Notes: generated from the letters alone by a model not told the origin. Counted from the first letter of the stretch, positions 1 through 11,756 are shown. The stretch: DNA of 64,000 bases from Elsinoe ampelina (GCA_010093995.1 ML992505.1:1656670-1720669); one strand, 5' to 3'. Numbers and translations: made by a program.

Positions 1-829
<829 letters not shown>

Positions 830-1296
830 TTATACTCGCTCACCGATAATGTTGATTTGTAAGGTGTCAATAGCAGTCCATCCGTCTGAACATCGTCATT
901 GGATGGTCGTGGTTCGAAAAGTTTCGCCCCGTGTGTAGATCTGTCGTCATTTTGTTGAGGCTCTGGATCTACAGATCGGTCGCGGGACATTGGCTCCATT
1001 ATCCGAGTAAACAGTGAACAGCATTTGCATCGGATGGTGAAAGGGGGGACAGACTGATAAGCATGCAATGTTATAGTTCCATTGAACCGAAACTATGGTA
1101 GGGAATGTTGTGAGCAGATTCACTATGCTTCGGGAATAATACAACGGGAACAAGCCCTATGAGCTTGGTATATACAATGCCGCCTCCAACGCCTCAATCA
1201 ACCTCCATAACTCTGATGTGCTGTCTCAAGATACTGAACAGGGCGTCGACGACTCCAGATGACATATCGACAACAGGTCGTCAGCCTTCCCACCTC

Positions 1297-1732
1297 TCAC
1301 TCCTCCTCGTCCTCCTCCTCATCATGATGCCAGGGCGGCCTTGCAGACCACCCACACCTCTTCTCCAGCCGATCCTTACTCTCGAAACACCCACAGAAGG
1401 TAAGCTTCAACTTTCGCTGCGGATACCGTTTATGCCAATCAATCTGCTTCTTGTCCGCGTAGCACAAATCTCCGTCCCTGAAGCAAGTCGTCGTTTGACC
1501 TGCAGTGCGTGGCGAGACCGTAGTAGCCGACCGAGCTGAACGTGCACATCTGGTCGGCGACGGTGCAGGAACCCCAGGCTTTGTCTTCAGGAGTCCTGAA
1601 GGGGTCGTTGTATAGTGCCTCGTGGATGGTACGGTTGGCGGGTGGTGGGATTGTTGTTGGCATGGCGAGGGCGGCGGGCAGGGAGAGGAGAGCTAGGGTG
1701 GAGAGGGCAAGAGTAGCTTTGGTAGAAACCAT
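1297..1732 (-). pseudogene. Small secreted cysteine-rich (effector-like) protein with an apparent 1-nt frameshift near 1501
   Basis: Signal peptide MVSTKATLALSTLALLSLPAALA; frame 1 has 3 Cys up to ...ATHC; the +1 frame continues GQTTTCFRDGDLCYADKK...TFCGCFESKDRLEKRCGWSARPPWHHDEEEDEEE* (TGA 1297-1299). Confidence 0.6.
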
Positions 1733-2552
1733 GGTGGTGGTCGGTTGGTTGCCTGTTGGCGTTGGGTTGCAGATGGTTGAAGGTCTTTGTTGGTTGCGTA
1801 GCTGGCTGACAGTGGCAGAGGCAGCGCACGAACTTGGTATGTTGTGGAAGATGTGATGCTGTGGAAAATGTGAGAGAGACGGGCGTGGTGTGAGCGGCTT
1901 TACATAGACCGGCGAGGGAGAGACTTTGTTGCTTCATGAGAATGACTGAAACACTTCCATGCTTTTTCAGTCTACTTCTTTAGCATGGCTGGTCGGCTTC
2001 CATATGCTTTCCGGAAAAAGGAAAAAGGAAATGACAACAAACCTCGACCAAGTGCGGACAGACTTGCTTGCGCTGTGGTATGCTTTTAGAAAAAGGAAAA
2101 TGCAGAGAAAACAAACCTCGGACGAAGATTGCTTCTGATTCTTGTTTGTGGTTGGAATTGATTCTGCCAGCGGTGCTGTACAATGCTTGCTATACACCCT
2201 CTCAGTGCAATGCAGTGCTGGCTAATCGATTATTACAAGAAATAAGCCTCCATTTCCTTCTGTGTCCCTGCCATGTCACCCTCTATGTGCCGGCGGATAT
2301 GCTCGTCGTGACCTCATCAAATATCTGTAGTTGCTTGTCTTCTCAGTGTTGACCCTGTCCTGGTCCTGTCCCCTGTTCTTGGTGGCTTTCTAGCAGCTGA
2401 CGGTGCTGCCTGAGCCGTCGGTCTTTCCATGACTGTCGACCCAATTTGCCCTCCTTTGTGGCCAAGTCATGGCCTTGAATGCCAGCACACTGGATTCCTC
2501 GCGGTAGCAGTCCGCTATGCTCATCTGTGTTCTCTCCATCCAGCAATTCACC

Positions 2553-4490
2553 TCACACGTTCTCAACCCAGTAATTGTATCCCTGAAGCTCTGGCCCTGT
2601 CCACTTTTCTCCATACGGGTTTACTCGCTCTCCTCTGAAGAACCCGTCATGTGCTGCTTGCATGACTGCTAACCAACTCGACGGCTCCGGATGCTTGAGC
2701 CACTGGTTGTGGACGTGGTATGTCCAAGCACCACGGAAGAAGTTCTCAAGGGTGCGGTTATTGGGCGGGTACTTGTCTTCTTCTAGTATGTAGTCTTTCA
2801 CGGCGCCTGTCTTGCTCAGTGCGGTCAATTCCTCTGGCGTTGTGGTGAAGCTCGATAGAGGCTCGTCCATTGTGCTAATGTCAAGGCTCTCTTGGGATCC
2901 GCCGTGCGTGCGAACACTGCGGACAACGTGCTGGGAATGAGGCTCAGTGTCGCGACCGTGTAGCTTCTCGCGTAGACGATCGAGGAAGCTTGGTGTCCGG
3001 CGGAGGTCAATGTGCGGGATCTGAGGTCCGTCGTAGCTCTCCCATTCATCCTTGACAGCCGTAGGCTTGCCTTTGAAAACAGCGCCATAGTCTCGCAGAC
3101 ATGGTACTGTGCAGCGTCCTTCCCGATCCCAGTTGAACTCGGTCCAGATAGGGTCGAATGCGGCAGTCTCGAGCATGAGGAACTCCTTATCACGACCATC
3201 CTTCCACGCCATTCGGCCGATGACACGGGGATGAAAGTTTGTACCCATGCGGACACCACCACGAAGGAGATAAGATGATAGACTGCTGTTGGCCGTGAGT
3301 GACATGATTGCAGTGTTGTAATCGCCTGGGTGTTGATGAGCTGCCCACCGTTCTGCGAAAGCATGTTGCGCAGGGAGAAGAAGGGGTCGGAAGTCTCGCA
3401 GCATGAGCACATCCATGTCCATGTAGACACCACCGTAGATATGAAGGATGACGAATCGCACGGCATCAGAGATGGCTTGCGGAAGGAAGGTCATCTGCTT
3501 CGGCGTCAATGTGAGGTACTCTTGTCCGTCAGCGTCTCGGATGATTCCGTCTGCCACAGCGACTTCTCCTTTGCTGTTGGGACTGCCAGGATGTGTGTAG
3601 TAGCCGAGGCCATCAGTATTGTCCTCCTCATCCAATCTCGGCAGAGGTATTCGGGTGGGGAACTTCCAGGCTACCACTTTGATGTCACCTCGCTCGACAA
3701 ATGGCAAGAAGCGTGCGAACAGGGGGTCCTTGGTCAACATCTTCTCCACAGCATTCGGTGATCGGTCAGCATCTAGCCACAGCCATAGACGACTGCATGG
3801 TAGGTTCTGCGTGTGGAGATAAGCCTTGATGAAGACCTCGACCCGCCATGTTGCTGAGCCAGCCCAGTAGACGTGATATGGTATGATGGGTCCAGAGCAC
3901 TCGCCGATGGTGGTCTTGGAAGGTGTTTTGGCATGTTTGACCGAGGGATACTTGTGCAGAGTATTCCCATGCCCATCAGCGTCTTGATATTCTGCCTTTC
4001 TTGGGTCCTGCTCGCTTGCTCGATCTGCCTTTTCTGGCAGCTTGAAGTACTTGTCTTCTCCTTGAGCCATGAACTGTAAGCAGTCGAAGACGTTGCGCAT
4101 CTTCTCAATCCCATCGTATGTCCCCCGGCATGCTTCGACAAGCATGTTCAGGTCCGCTACCGTATCAATGTGCGGTCTCTTTCCCAGGAAGTCGTCCTTT
4201 GGCTCGACAATGTTCGAAGGTCGGTTGAAGACATTGGCGTGTGGGTTGATTGTGACCGTTCGTGGTAATCCTTCAAAGTTGACTCTATAGTGTCCTGCAT
4301 TCGTCTCTTCCACTGCCTTTGCCTGACCAAGGCTCCCTATGAAGGTGGGTACTTTTTGCTTTGCTTGTGCTCTCGCTGAAGGACTCGAAGCAAGTTGTAT
4401 TGTCGCGTATAGGATTGAATATAGTAGAACAGCCAGTGTGAGGTTCCTCACCAGCGAAAAGACCACGCGTAATCGGGTACCGGCCGGCAT
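2553..4490 (-). CDS. Glycosyltransferase family 32-like (DXD sugar-binding motif), type II membrane protein
   Basis: 645-aa ORF, N-terminal TM anchor, SDAVRFVILHIYGGVYMDMDVLMLRD motif. Confidence 0.8.
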   Translation of the reverse strand: MPAGTRLRVVFSLVRNLTLAVLLYSILYATIQLASSPSARAQAKQKVPTFIGSLGQAKAVEETNAGHYRVNFEGLPRTVTINPHANVFNRPSNIVEPKDDFLGKRPHIDTVADLNMLVEACRGTYDGIEKMRNVFDCLQFMAQGEDKYFKLPEKADRASEQDPRKAEYQDADGHGNTLHKYPSVKHAKTPSKTTIGECSGPIIPYHVYWAGSATWRVEVFIKAYLHTQNLPCSRLWLWLDADRSPNAVEKMLTKDPLFARFLPFVERGDIKVVAWKFPTRIPLPRLDEEDNTDGLGYYTHPGSPNSKGEVAVADGIIRDADGQEYLTLTPKQMTFLPQAISDAVRFVILHIYGGVYMDMDVLMLRDFRPLLLPAQHAFAERWAAHQHPGDYNTAIMSLTANSSLSSYLLRGGVRMGTNFHPRVIGRMAWKDGRDKEFLMLETAAFDPIWTEFNWDREGRCTVPCLRDYGAVFKGKPTAVKDEWESYDGPQIPHIDLRRTPSFLDRLREKLHGRDTEPHSQHVVRSVRTHGGSQESLDISTMDEPLSSFTTTPEELTALSKTGAVKDYILEEDKYPPNNRTLENFFRGAWTYHVHNQWLKHPEPSSWLAVMQAAHDGFFRGERVNPYGEKWTGPELQGYNYWVENV

Positions 4491-5979
4491 ATTGAGTTCC
4501 TGTGGGAGAGGCTTGTGGGAGGGGCACTGCGCCGCACCAAGACTACGACCGCTCCAATTGCATGAAAAACTGGCGATTTATTACAGTCCTTTTTTCTCCA
4601 GGACCAGCCTCGATAGTCGGTATGCTGTCGCCTACGCTTGCAAGGTATCTTCTCCCGTGGGCGACCTGAAAAGTGAATAGGGGGGAAGTAGGGCGTCCAG
4701 AAGTACAAGGGTACGGACAAAAGTCCAGCTGAATATTCGACCCAGGCACCAGAATTGAAGATGAGGAGTAGGTTGAAGGACGGTAAAGGAGTGTTGATCA
4801 AAGGAGTGACAATCGCAGAACAAGGCAAAGGGCCGTAGAAAGATGGTTGGCAAGGTCTGGACAAGGATGCGAAGTGTTGCGAATGTACTCTGGGGCTGTG
4901 TGTACCTGAAAGTGCGGGCTGCAGTAAAGTGCCAATAATTCTTTGGTTCTTGCGGGCAGCGGGCCCGAGATGAGCGCAAATGGCCTAGAGGCGACGATCT
5001 CCAGCAGCCTCAAACAAGTCGAGCTCCTCAAGGTCCCACTTTGACGGGCGTCTTCGGGGAATATTTGTGTTGTGGAGGTTCACATCCTTTACCTTCACAA
5101 AGGGTTCGTGGTTCAGGGAAATTCAACCGTCACACATGCGTTGGGGCTTTCCGAGACTCTTCTCGATGCTTTTCAGTGTCTCTTTTTCATTTAGGCACAT
5201 GTCACAACCGCCACGATGATTGATTCGCCAATTTAACAAACTACTCCAGCAATTTGCGACAGCCACGCCAGCCAAGCAGATTTGTGGCTCCTTAGTCTCC
5301 CATCGAGATCTATTTTTTGACTCGATTCATTGGTCGACTCGCAACTTGGAAGCCAAATCTACCAGCCAGCTACATCACCGGGCAGCTGTCAATCCGGCTA
5401 CCCATCTTTTTCATCTCTGTCCGGACTCGATGCCGATTCGTGTCAAACTGTCAATATCAAACCGGCACGTTGGCACATTGCCTTTTTTCCTGGTCGATCA
5501 ACGTCGAATTCGATCCCCAGCTTCCTTGACTTCTTTGGGCCAAGAGGACCAACGAGCTCCTCTTTGATGGGGCTTTGGGGTTGCGAGGCTGACGTGGCCA
5601 TGTCATTCGTGGTTACCTTAGGTTTGCCATGCCCGAGGGCACGACTCGGAATTTTCAGGTTGGCAAATATCACAGCAGCACTTTCGATCGTGGTAGTATC
5701 GTGATGATTACTATACAAGGTGACATGTTGTACCAAGCCCGTCAAGAAATATTGTATTGTACCGGTCCATTGGCAATGGACGATACACTGCCGAAAGTTG
5801 GACGGCACTTTTTGACAAGGTTTGCATGAATTGACTTTGTCGCTAATTTTCGGAATTTACGCTTAATACCATTCGAAAAACTATCATACACGCTGGCAGT
5901 CTGCGCTGCAATTGACTTCTATCTCGCAATGCTCTCTTCGACTATGACGAGTCTGTGTCCTCGTCGATAATCTGCTCAA

Positions 5980-6486
5980 CTAGGCTCGCACTGCCCTGGT
6001 CCGCTTGCTGGACCCGCTTCTCTTCAAGAAGAATGACAAAACCGCATTGATGAGGAATGCAAAGACTGCTATCAGTGCACAAGCAAAAGTGGCGACGTAG
6101 AGTCGGCAAGTATTGCTTCCATCACCACCGCATCCAAATCTGGCGTTGCGATTGAGAACCGCGATGGCGATCATGGCTGCCATGAGAACAATGTCGAAGA
6201 GGATTGCCAGAACAGCGAAGAACGAGATACCGGCCAGACAACAAGTGAATAGCATGGCGATGAATGAGTACAAGGCTGCCACTGAAGCCATGCCGATGAT
6301 GGCAAAGTCTCGAGTCGATCCGGAGAAGCTGGCAATGAACTGCGGGTATCAGTCGTGATCCAAGGTCGTGGATGCAGGAAACTTTACCCATCCTGTCGCT
6401 CCTACAATGACCATGGAGCAGATGAATGAGACAAAGTAGAGGAAGGTGGACAAGAGGCGGATTGCACCACCCTTGATGAGACCCAT
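5980..6486 (-). CDS. Small 4-TM membrane-associating (MARVEL-like) protein, 2 exons
   Basis: ATG 6486 MGLIKGGAIRLLSTFLYFVSFICSMVIVGATGW, intron 6340-6387 (GTAAAG..CTGAT..CAG), then FIASFSGSTRDFAIIGMASVAALYS... with further hydrophobic helices. Confidence 0.7.
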
Positions 6487-7168
6487 TGCTGTAGCGTTGC
6501 AAGAATGTTATGATTTCTTGAGAGGAGATTCGGCTTGAAGAGCAGTATAGATGTGAGATGACTGAATGACTGGTCTCTTCCATATGCCTACTTACCATTC
6601 ATACTTATACCCAGCTCCCATGATCTGAACCACCATACCTACGTCAACCTACCCATATTCGTGTCCGTTATACTCCAGGAGAGGACCCCGAGAACTATTG
6701 GCGTTCGTCAGAAGACGGCACGGGACGAAAGAATTCCTGCAGAGAACCTCCTACCTCCGTAGAGTATGCTTTAAAATGCTTGAATAATAAAAGACTGTGC
6801 CGCGTTGGCGTACGTGTATCGACGCGCATACCACGGCTGTACATCAGTAGAATTTGAAACATACGTGTGCCAATGCCCAACAGCGTGATTGAGCTGCTCG
6901 TCGACTTGTTCAGGATGCGATATAGCCAAGAGTGTGATTATGGGCATCGTGAGATGTCGTGCATCGTCCCAAGGATCTGTGTTACCAAGTGTTTGGTAGG
7001 AAAGTGAATTTGATCAACAAGGAAGATCAGGGGACAGGCCAAACGAGAGCTTCGGTAAAACTTGCCTGTAGCACCACCGAGGAAAAAGCTGCCGGTGCGC
7101 GTCTTCGTGGTATACGAATTGTCCTGGGCTGAGCAAATCTTAGATGCCAAACACGACAGCATGCTGGA

Positions 7169-8429
7169 ATGTGGATGAGGCGTCTTCATCGACCATGCTT
7201 CAAGTCGAAATGCTCTATCAGATTTAGAAACAATGAATCTCGTTACTATTCTATCACTGCATCTTCTGCTCCGGTCGAAGAGGTGACGGTGCCATGTGGA
7301 TCGAACGGTACTATCAAGCTTAGGTACGAGTCGAGTATGAGCAAGGCTGAACACTCAAATGACGTCTTCCAGGATTCATGGCATGCATGGCGCTACTTCA
7401 GCTACTCCTCCTCCACTAGTGCTGCACTTGTCTCCTAGGTCTTTGACAGGCATCTTCAAGACTCGAGATGACAGCGCCAGCGTGCTTGCACGTCTTATGC
7501 CGTCCGTTGTGGTCGAGATACTCTACAGAGCTGATAGTGTTCGAAAATACCCAACACCAATCCACGATGTGATGTTCGGTTACGACTGGGTACTAAAGCA
7601 TCTCGTCCCCAGCCGCTCATTCCTGGCTCCAACCTTCAATGACCATTCTCCTGCTAGGATCGGCGTCTATGGCGAAGGAAGTGGTGCCGGTCTTGCTGCT
7701 ATGCTCGCCCTGACCGAATGTCGTACGAAGGGTCACCGAATAGCTGCTGCGGCTCTTCATGATCCTCTACTGAATTGGGTAATGCCAGAGGAAGTGACTC
7801 AAGACCTTGATGAAGCAGCTATGAGGCGAGATAGCCGCAGGAGGCCAGCGTTCGTGCCTTCGAATGACACTGATACGTCAATTCTACGAGCTATAGTCTC
7901 TGCACGATCGGAACTCTTCAAAACCCCTGGCGACTGGTTCGACCCTTTTGCATCACCACTACTGTTCTTCCGCTCCTCCAATGCAGCCATTCCTACTTCA
8001 GATCCAAACGCACCTGTCGATGAATTCGCGGAGCTATCTGCCATGAACCAGCACGATTTCATGAGGCAGCAGCTCAAGCTCAGCGCGATGAGCAACTTCG
8101 CAGGACACGACACCGGCATTGATGTCGAGGACGACCCGGTGGGTTCTCTCAGACGATCTGCCCGCAGGTATCCGAGGATCGACAGCGGATTGACCCTGCC
8201 AAACTTTAGACTTACCATTGGTCCGGACGGAGTGTGGCGAGCCCAAGCGGAAGAGTTCACCAAGTATGTCTGGCGGAGTATGATCAGGACAGATGAGTTG
8301 AAGAAGCAGGACATGGCTGCTGCTGAATTGCATGCGGCAGAGAGGGTATTCCACGAGTCGTATGACGGAGAAATACAGGCTGAGGAGTGTCTTGCTGATA
8401 CCGCTGAGTGGCTGAGAGATGTTCTGTAA
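7169..8429 (+). CDS. Alpha/beta-hydrolase-fold protein, probable mitochondrial presequence, 2 exons
   Basis: Arg-rich N-terminus; intron 7324-7372 (GTACGA..CTGAA..CAG) joins TIKLR to IHGMH; YPTPIHDV and RIGVYGEGSGAGLAA resemble HSL-family motifs. Confidence 0.72.
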
Positions 8430-8641
8430 TCGATATGGTAGCAAATCTTATGTGTTTCTTTTGCACAATTATATATGCTCCATCTCATGTTTACCTCTGT
8501 TCTCCCCGATCACACATGTTCCACTAGCGGCAACGATGATTTCACATGCGGGAAGAAGTCCTAATACTCATAATTCACCTCACAATGCCAAAAACGGGAG
8601 GGGGTCCGAAGACAACTCGACATACTTTTCCCCAAGAGGCC

Positions 8642-8647
8642 AAAAAA
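8642..8647 (-). terminator. RNA polymerase III oligo-dT terminator of the tRNA gene
   Basis: TTTTTT beginning 7 nt after the discriminator base. Confidence 0.75.
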
Positions 8648-8671
8648 TGATGGTGGTCAATACGAGGGTCG

Positions 8672-8719
8672 CTGACTGGTATTAGCAATGCATCGTACAA
8701 GGACTATGGTTTAACCCAC
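8672..8719 (-). other. Spliceosomal-type intron 3 of the tRNA-Ile gene (48 nt, inside T-loop / B box)
   Basis: GTGGGT...GCTAAT ACCAGTCAG; exact removal restores GAGTT|CGACCC. Confidence 0.85.
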
Positions 8720-8737
8720 AACTCGCGACCTTGGCGT

Positions 8738-8760
8738 TAACTTGAGATGAGAGGTCATCC
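8738..8760 (-). other. Canonical-position tRNA intron (23 nt, after nt 37)
   Basis: GGATGACCTCTCATCTCAAGTTA, one base 3' of the anticodon; no GT-AG ends; internal GATGA/TCATC hairpin; boundary ambiguous by 1 nt. Confidence 0.88.
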
Positions 8761-8771
8761 TATTAGCACCA

Positions 8772-8821
8772 CTGACAGAAATTAGTGGATGTTTTAAGGC
8801 TAGATCTGATTTGTAACGAAC
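8772..8821 (-). other. Spliceosomal-type intron 1 of the tRNA-Ile gene (50 nt, between D arm and anticodon stem)
   Basis: GTTCGT...CACTAAT TTCTGTCAG; exact removal restores GAGCG|TGGTG. Confidence 0.85.
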
Positions 8822-8888
8822 CGCTCTAACCAACTGAGCTAATCGACCGATTTTTGAAATCATTTGGACCATATTCAACCGCATAATC

Positions 8889-8897
8889 AAATATATA
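8889..8897 (-). promoter_or_regulatory. Upstream TATA element of the tRNA gene
   Basis: TATATATTT about 41-49 nt upstream of the mature 5' end. Confidence 0.5.
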
Positions 8898-9658
8898 CTT
8901 TGTTTGCGTTGCTCGAAATTGCCAGATAGTGAGCAAATGTTGTCGTGATGTACCTCATGCAGCCTTCCTCTTTGGACCATGCGGATGCGGTCAAATAGCA
9001 GAGCTGTCACAGCCTCCCATAGTATCCTGCGCTGAATTTGTAGAGGGTTCATTCCACTGAGTTAATGCAGGCCCCAAAGATGGGTCAGAGAGTGGAGCAA
9101 ATGCGGGCATAGCAACTCAATAGATCGCAGGCAACTCTGACAGACTGCAGAAATGGGTGCTAGAACAATCAAGCACTGGTGCGCAAAGAAACGTGCTCGC
9201 TGCGCATGTCAAGTATCGTAAGATTACCGCATGAGAGCCACCAGGGTCACATCAGTGGCTGGTGAGGGCCGATGAAGGTCTCGCCCACTTGATTGTCCCT
9301 GACGTCATTTCCCCAGCTCCTCATTTTGTCCACATGGACATCCTCTTTCCCCCTTGACCGCCATCTGTTCTCTCAGTACATTCGGAGCGACCGAGCAAAG
9401 CAGTCAATTACAACAAGTCAGTTTAAAACAGAAACTAGAACGGCCTGGACTCCGAAGATCACAAAAAGGTGTGTCCCCTCGATCCTGACAAGCATGGGCT
9501 GTGCCCGAGAGCTCAATTGGGATCTCCCACCAGATCAGAGGATCTGCAAGACCCCGGCCAGGCTTGATATTGCTTTCCGCACCATTGGTATTTGTTTGAT
9601 CCCCACTAACAGATTTCTCTCCCTCAGGCATTAACTAATTACACGTCAATACATCACA

Positions 9659-11236
9659 ATGGCAGCAGCAGAGCAACACTTGCCCACGCGCACTACCACT
9701 ATGAGCACCGAGGACGATGCAGTCCCGGACGAGGACACCTCCGAAGTATGGCTACCCCGTCCTTGGATGCAACACGCAACTGATTGTCGCGTAGGTCACG
9801 AAGCTCTTCCTTGAGCGTCTGCAGGCTTGGAAGCATGCATGCGGCTACCTCGAGGACTACATTGAGGCCACAGAGAAGCTGCAGCACCACCACGGAAAGG
9901 AGTACGAGCGTGTACTAAAGGTAAGGCTGTATCTGGTTCCGTTGCAACGACATGGACTGACCCTCGTTCGCAGACTGTGTCGAACCCTTTGAAGGAAGGT
10001 CATCACTTCGATCAGACCCTTGGTGGTGTCGCTGGTCTGTTCGACAACATCAGGTCCAATACACAAGGTCTCGCCAACTCCCATACCGAGACCGCCAAAG
10101 TCCTCAAGGGCACTGTTCTCCCAATCCTCGAAAGACTGCACGCCGAGATCAAGAACAAGAACAAGGAGCTCACAAAGGGTGCCGGCAAGGGAGCAAAGCT
10201 TGTTGACAAGGCCCGTAACACTACGCAGAAGCATGTCGAGCTTCTCGGTCAGCACACCGCCACCTTCGACAGCACTGGTGGTAAGGTCACCGCTGCTGAT
10301 GACCCATACATCCTTCAGCGCGGCGTTTACCATAGGCTTAACAAGCAAATCGTCGAGGAGAACAACAACAGACAGGATTTGTTGACTGTCCAGAACTCGT
10401 TCGCGCAATTCGAGGCGCATGTGGTTCAGACCTTCCAGGATGCCATCAACCAATTCAACCAGACTGTCGGACACCAGGCTGATCAGCAGCGTACCATGTA
10501 CGGCGACATCACAGCCAACTCAAGCGCCATCAAGCCAGATTTCGAATGGAATGGTTTCCTTCAGCGCAACAGCCAGGTCATGATTGACCCGAATGGACCA
10601 TCTAGGCGCATCGATGATGTCAAGTTCCCCAACCAGGATCATCGCTCTACTCAACCAATGATTGCTGGCTCCCTCGAGAGAAAGAGCAAGATCTTGAAGA
10701 AATACGAGACAAGCTTCTACGTTGTCACCCCATCCAAATTCCTCCACGAGTTCAAGACCGACGACGACTTCGCCAAAGACCCGACCCCGGAGAACTCTCT
10801 CTATCTACCCGACTGTGTTGTCGGCGCGCTTGACGGCGTCAAATTCCAAGTCAAGGGCAAAGATGCATCCAAGGGCTTCGCCAGCAAGTTCAGCATGTCC
10901 CACGACTTTCAATTCAAGGCCCACACGCCGAATGATGCCCAGAAGTGGCATGAGATCATCAAGCAGGTAGCGGGTCAGAGCAGCAACGAGCTGCCTGACA
11001 GCGGACCAAACTCACCAGCCAGCAGGACTGGTAGTGGAAGCTTTCCCGAGAAGGCTACTGGAACGGAGGCTGTCCCAGGCCAGACTACTGGTACCACTAC
11101 TGGCACTACTGGCACGGCTGCTCCTACCCAGACCACTGGTACTGCAGCTCCCGTCAGTGCTGTTCCTCCCACTACCGGTACTCACCCAGAGACTGCTGGC
11201 GCTACCCACGGTGTGGCTACCAGTGAAAAGGTGTAA
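9659..11236 (+). CDS. SLM1: Slm1/Slm2-like BAR + PH domain protein, 3 exons
   Basis: ATG 9659; introns 9746-9794 and 9921-9973; LFLERLQAWKHACGYLEDYI helical region; PH domain GSLERKSKILKKYETSFYVVTPSKFLHEFK...FQFKAHTPNDAQKW; Thr/Gly-rich tail. Confidence 0.8.
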
Positions 11237-11756
11237 GAGGTGGATACGCAATGCAATCAGCTAGATACCCTTCTGCTTCTACAAGAGTGCGAAATGATGC
11301 TTAATGATACAAGTTAGTTCAGCGAACACAGATAGTAATACTTGAATGTTGATCAGTCCGCGCTCGTTTCGTTTGGAAACGGATCATTACCCGACGACAT
11401 CCATCTTTTCATACCATTACTCCTGGTTACTGTCACCATCATCTACCACAATCGATCTGCGCCCAGTAGGTAAGTCTCATGTTCTGCTCAATCTTGCCTT
11501 TACAGAACATCATCAAATATTCGAGGTACTGGTTGCAAGTGACATATGCCGATATCTATCTTCGAACTCGGTAAACGAGACGAACCACATCTCTGGCGGA
11601 CCCAAGGCCATACACAACGTGAGCAAGACCGACTGATCCCAATCAGAGACATCAAAGACACTCCTCGAATACCGAATTGAAATCTCCCTTTCACGATACC
11701 TTAGGAATCTCCCCTGACCATTTGCCACGGCATCAACCCAGCCCAACGCCTCCACC

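Larger units (their letters stand above)
8654..8848 (-). tRNA. tRNA-Ile(AAT) in four exons (8848-8822, 8771-8761, 8737-8720, 8671-8654)
   Basis: Spliced: GGTCGAT TA GCTC AGTTGGTTA GAGC G TGGTG CTAATAA CGCCA AGGTC GCGAG TTCGACC CTCGT ATTGACC A (74 nt). All four stems pair; anticodon AAT; T6 tract downstream. Confidence 0.93.

Noticed and set aside
8586..8640. Small GTC-TTCG-GAC hairpin followed by T5 downstream of the tRNA (minus strand)
   Set aside because: Could be a second Pol III unit or backup terminator, but no RNA family recognised and the stem is too short to support a call.
8711..9052. 113-aa minus-strand ORF over the tRNA locus
   Set aside because: No protein-like features; the sequence is explained by the split tRNA and its flank.
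11470..11505. GTAAGT...TACAG intron-like segment upstream of the cupin gene
   Set aside because: Only about 36 nt, weak branch site, and no coherent spliced ORF could be built.
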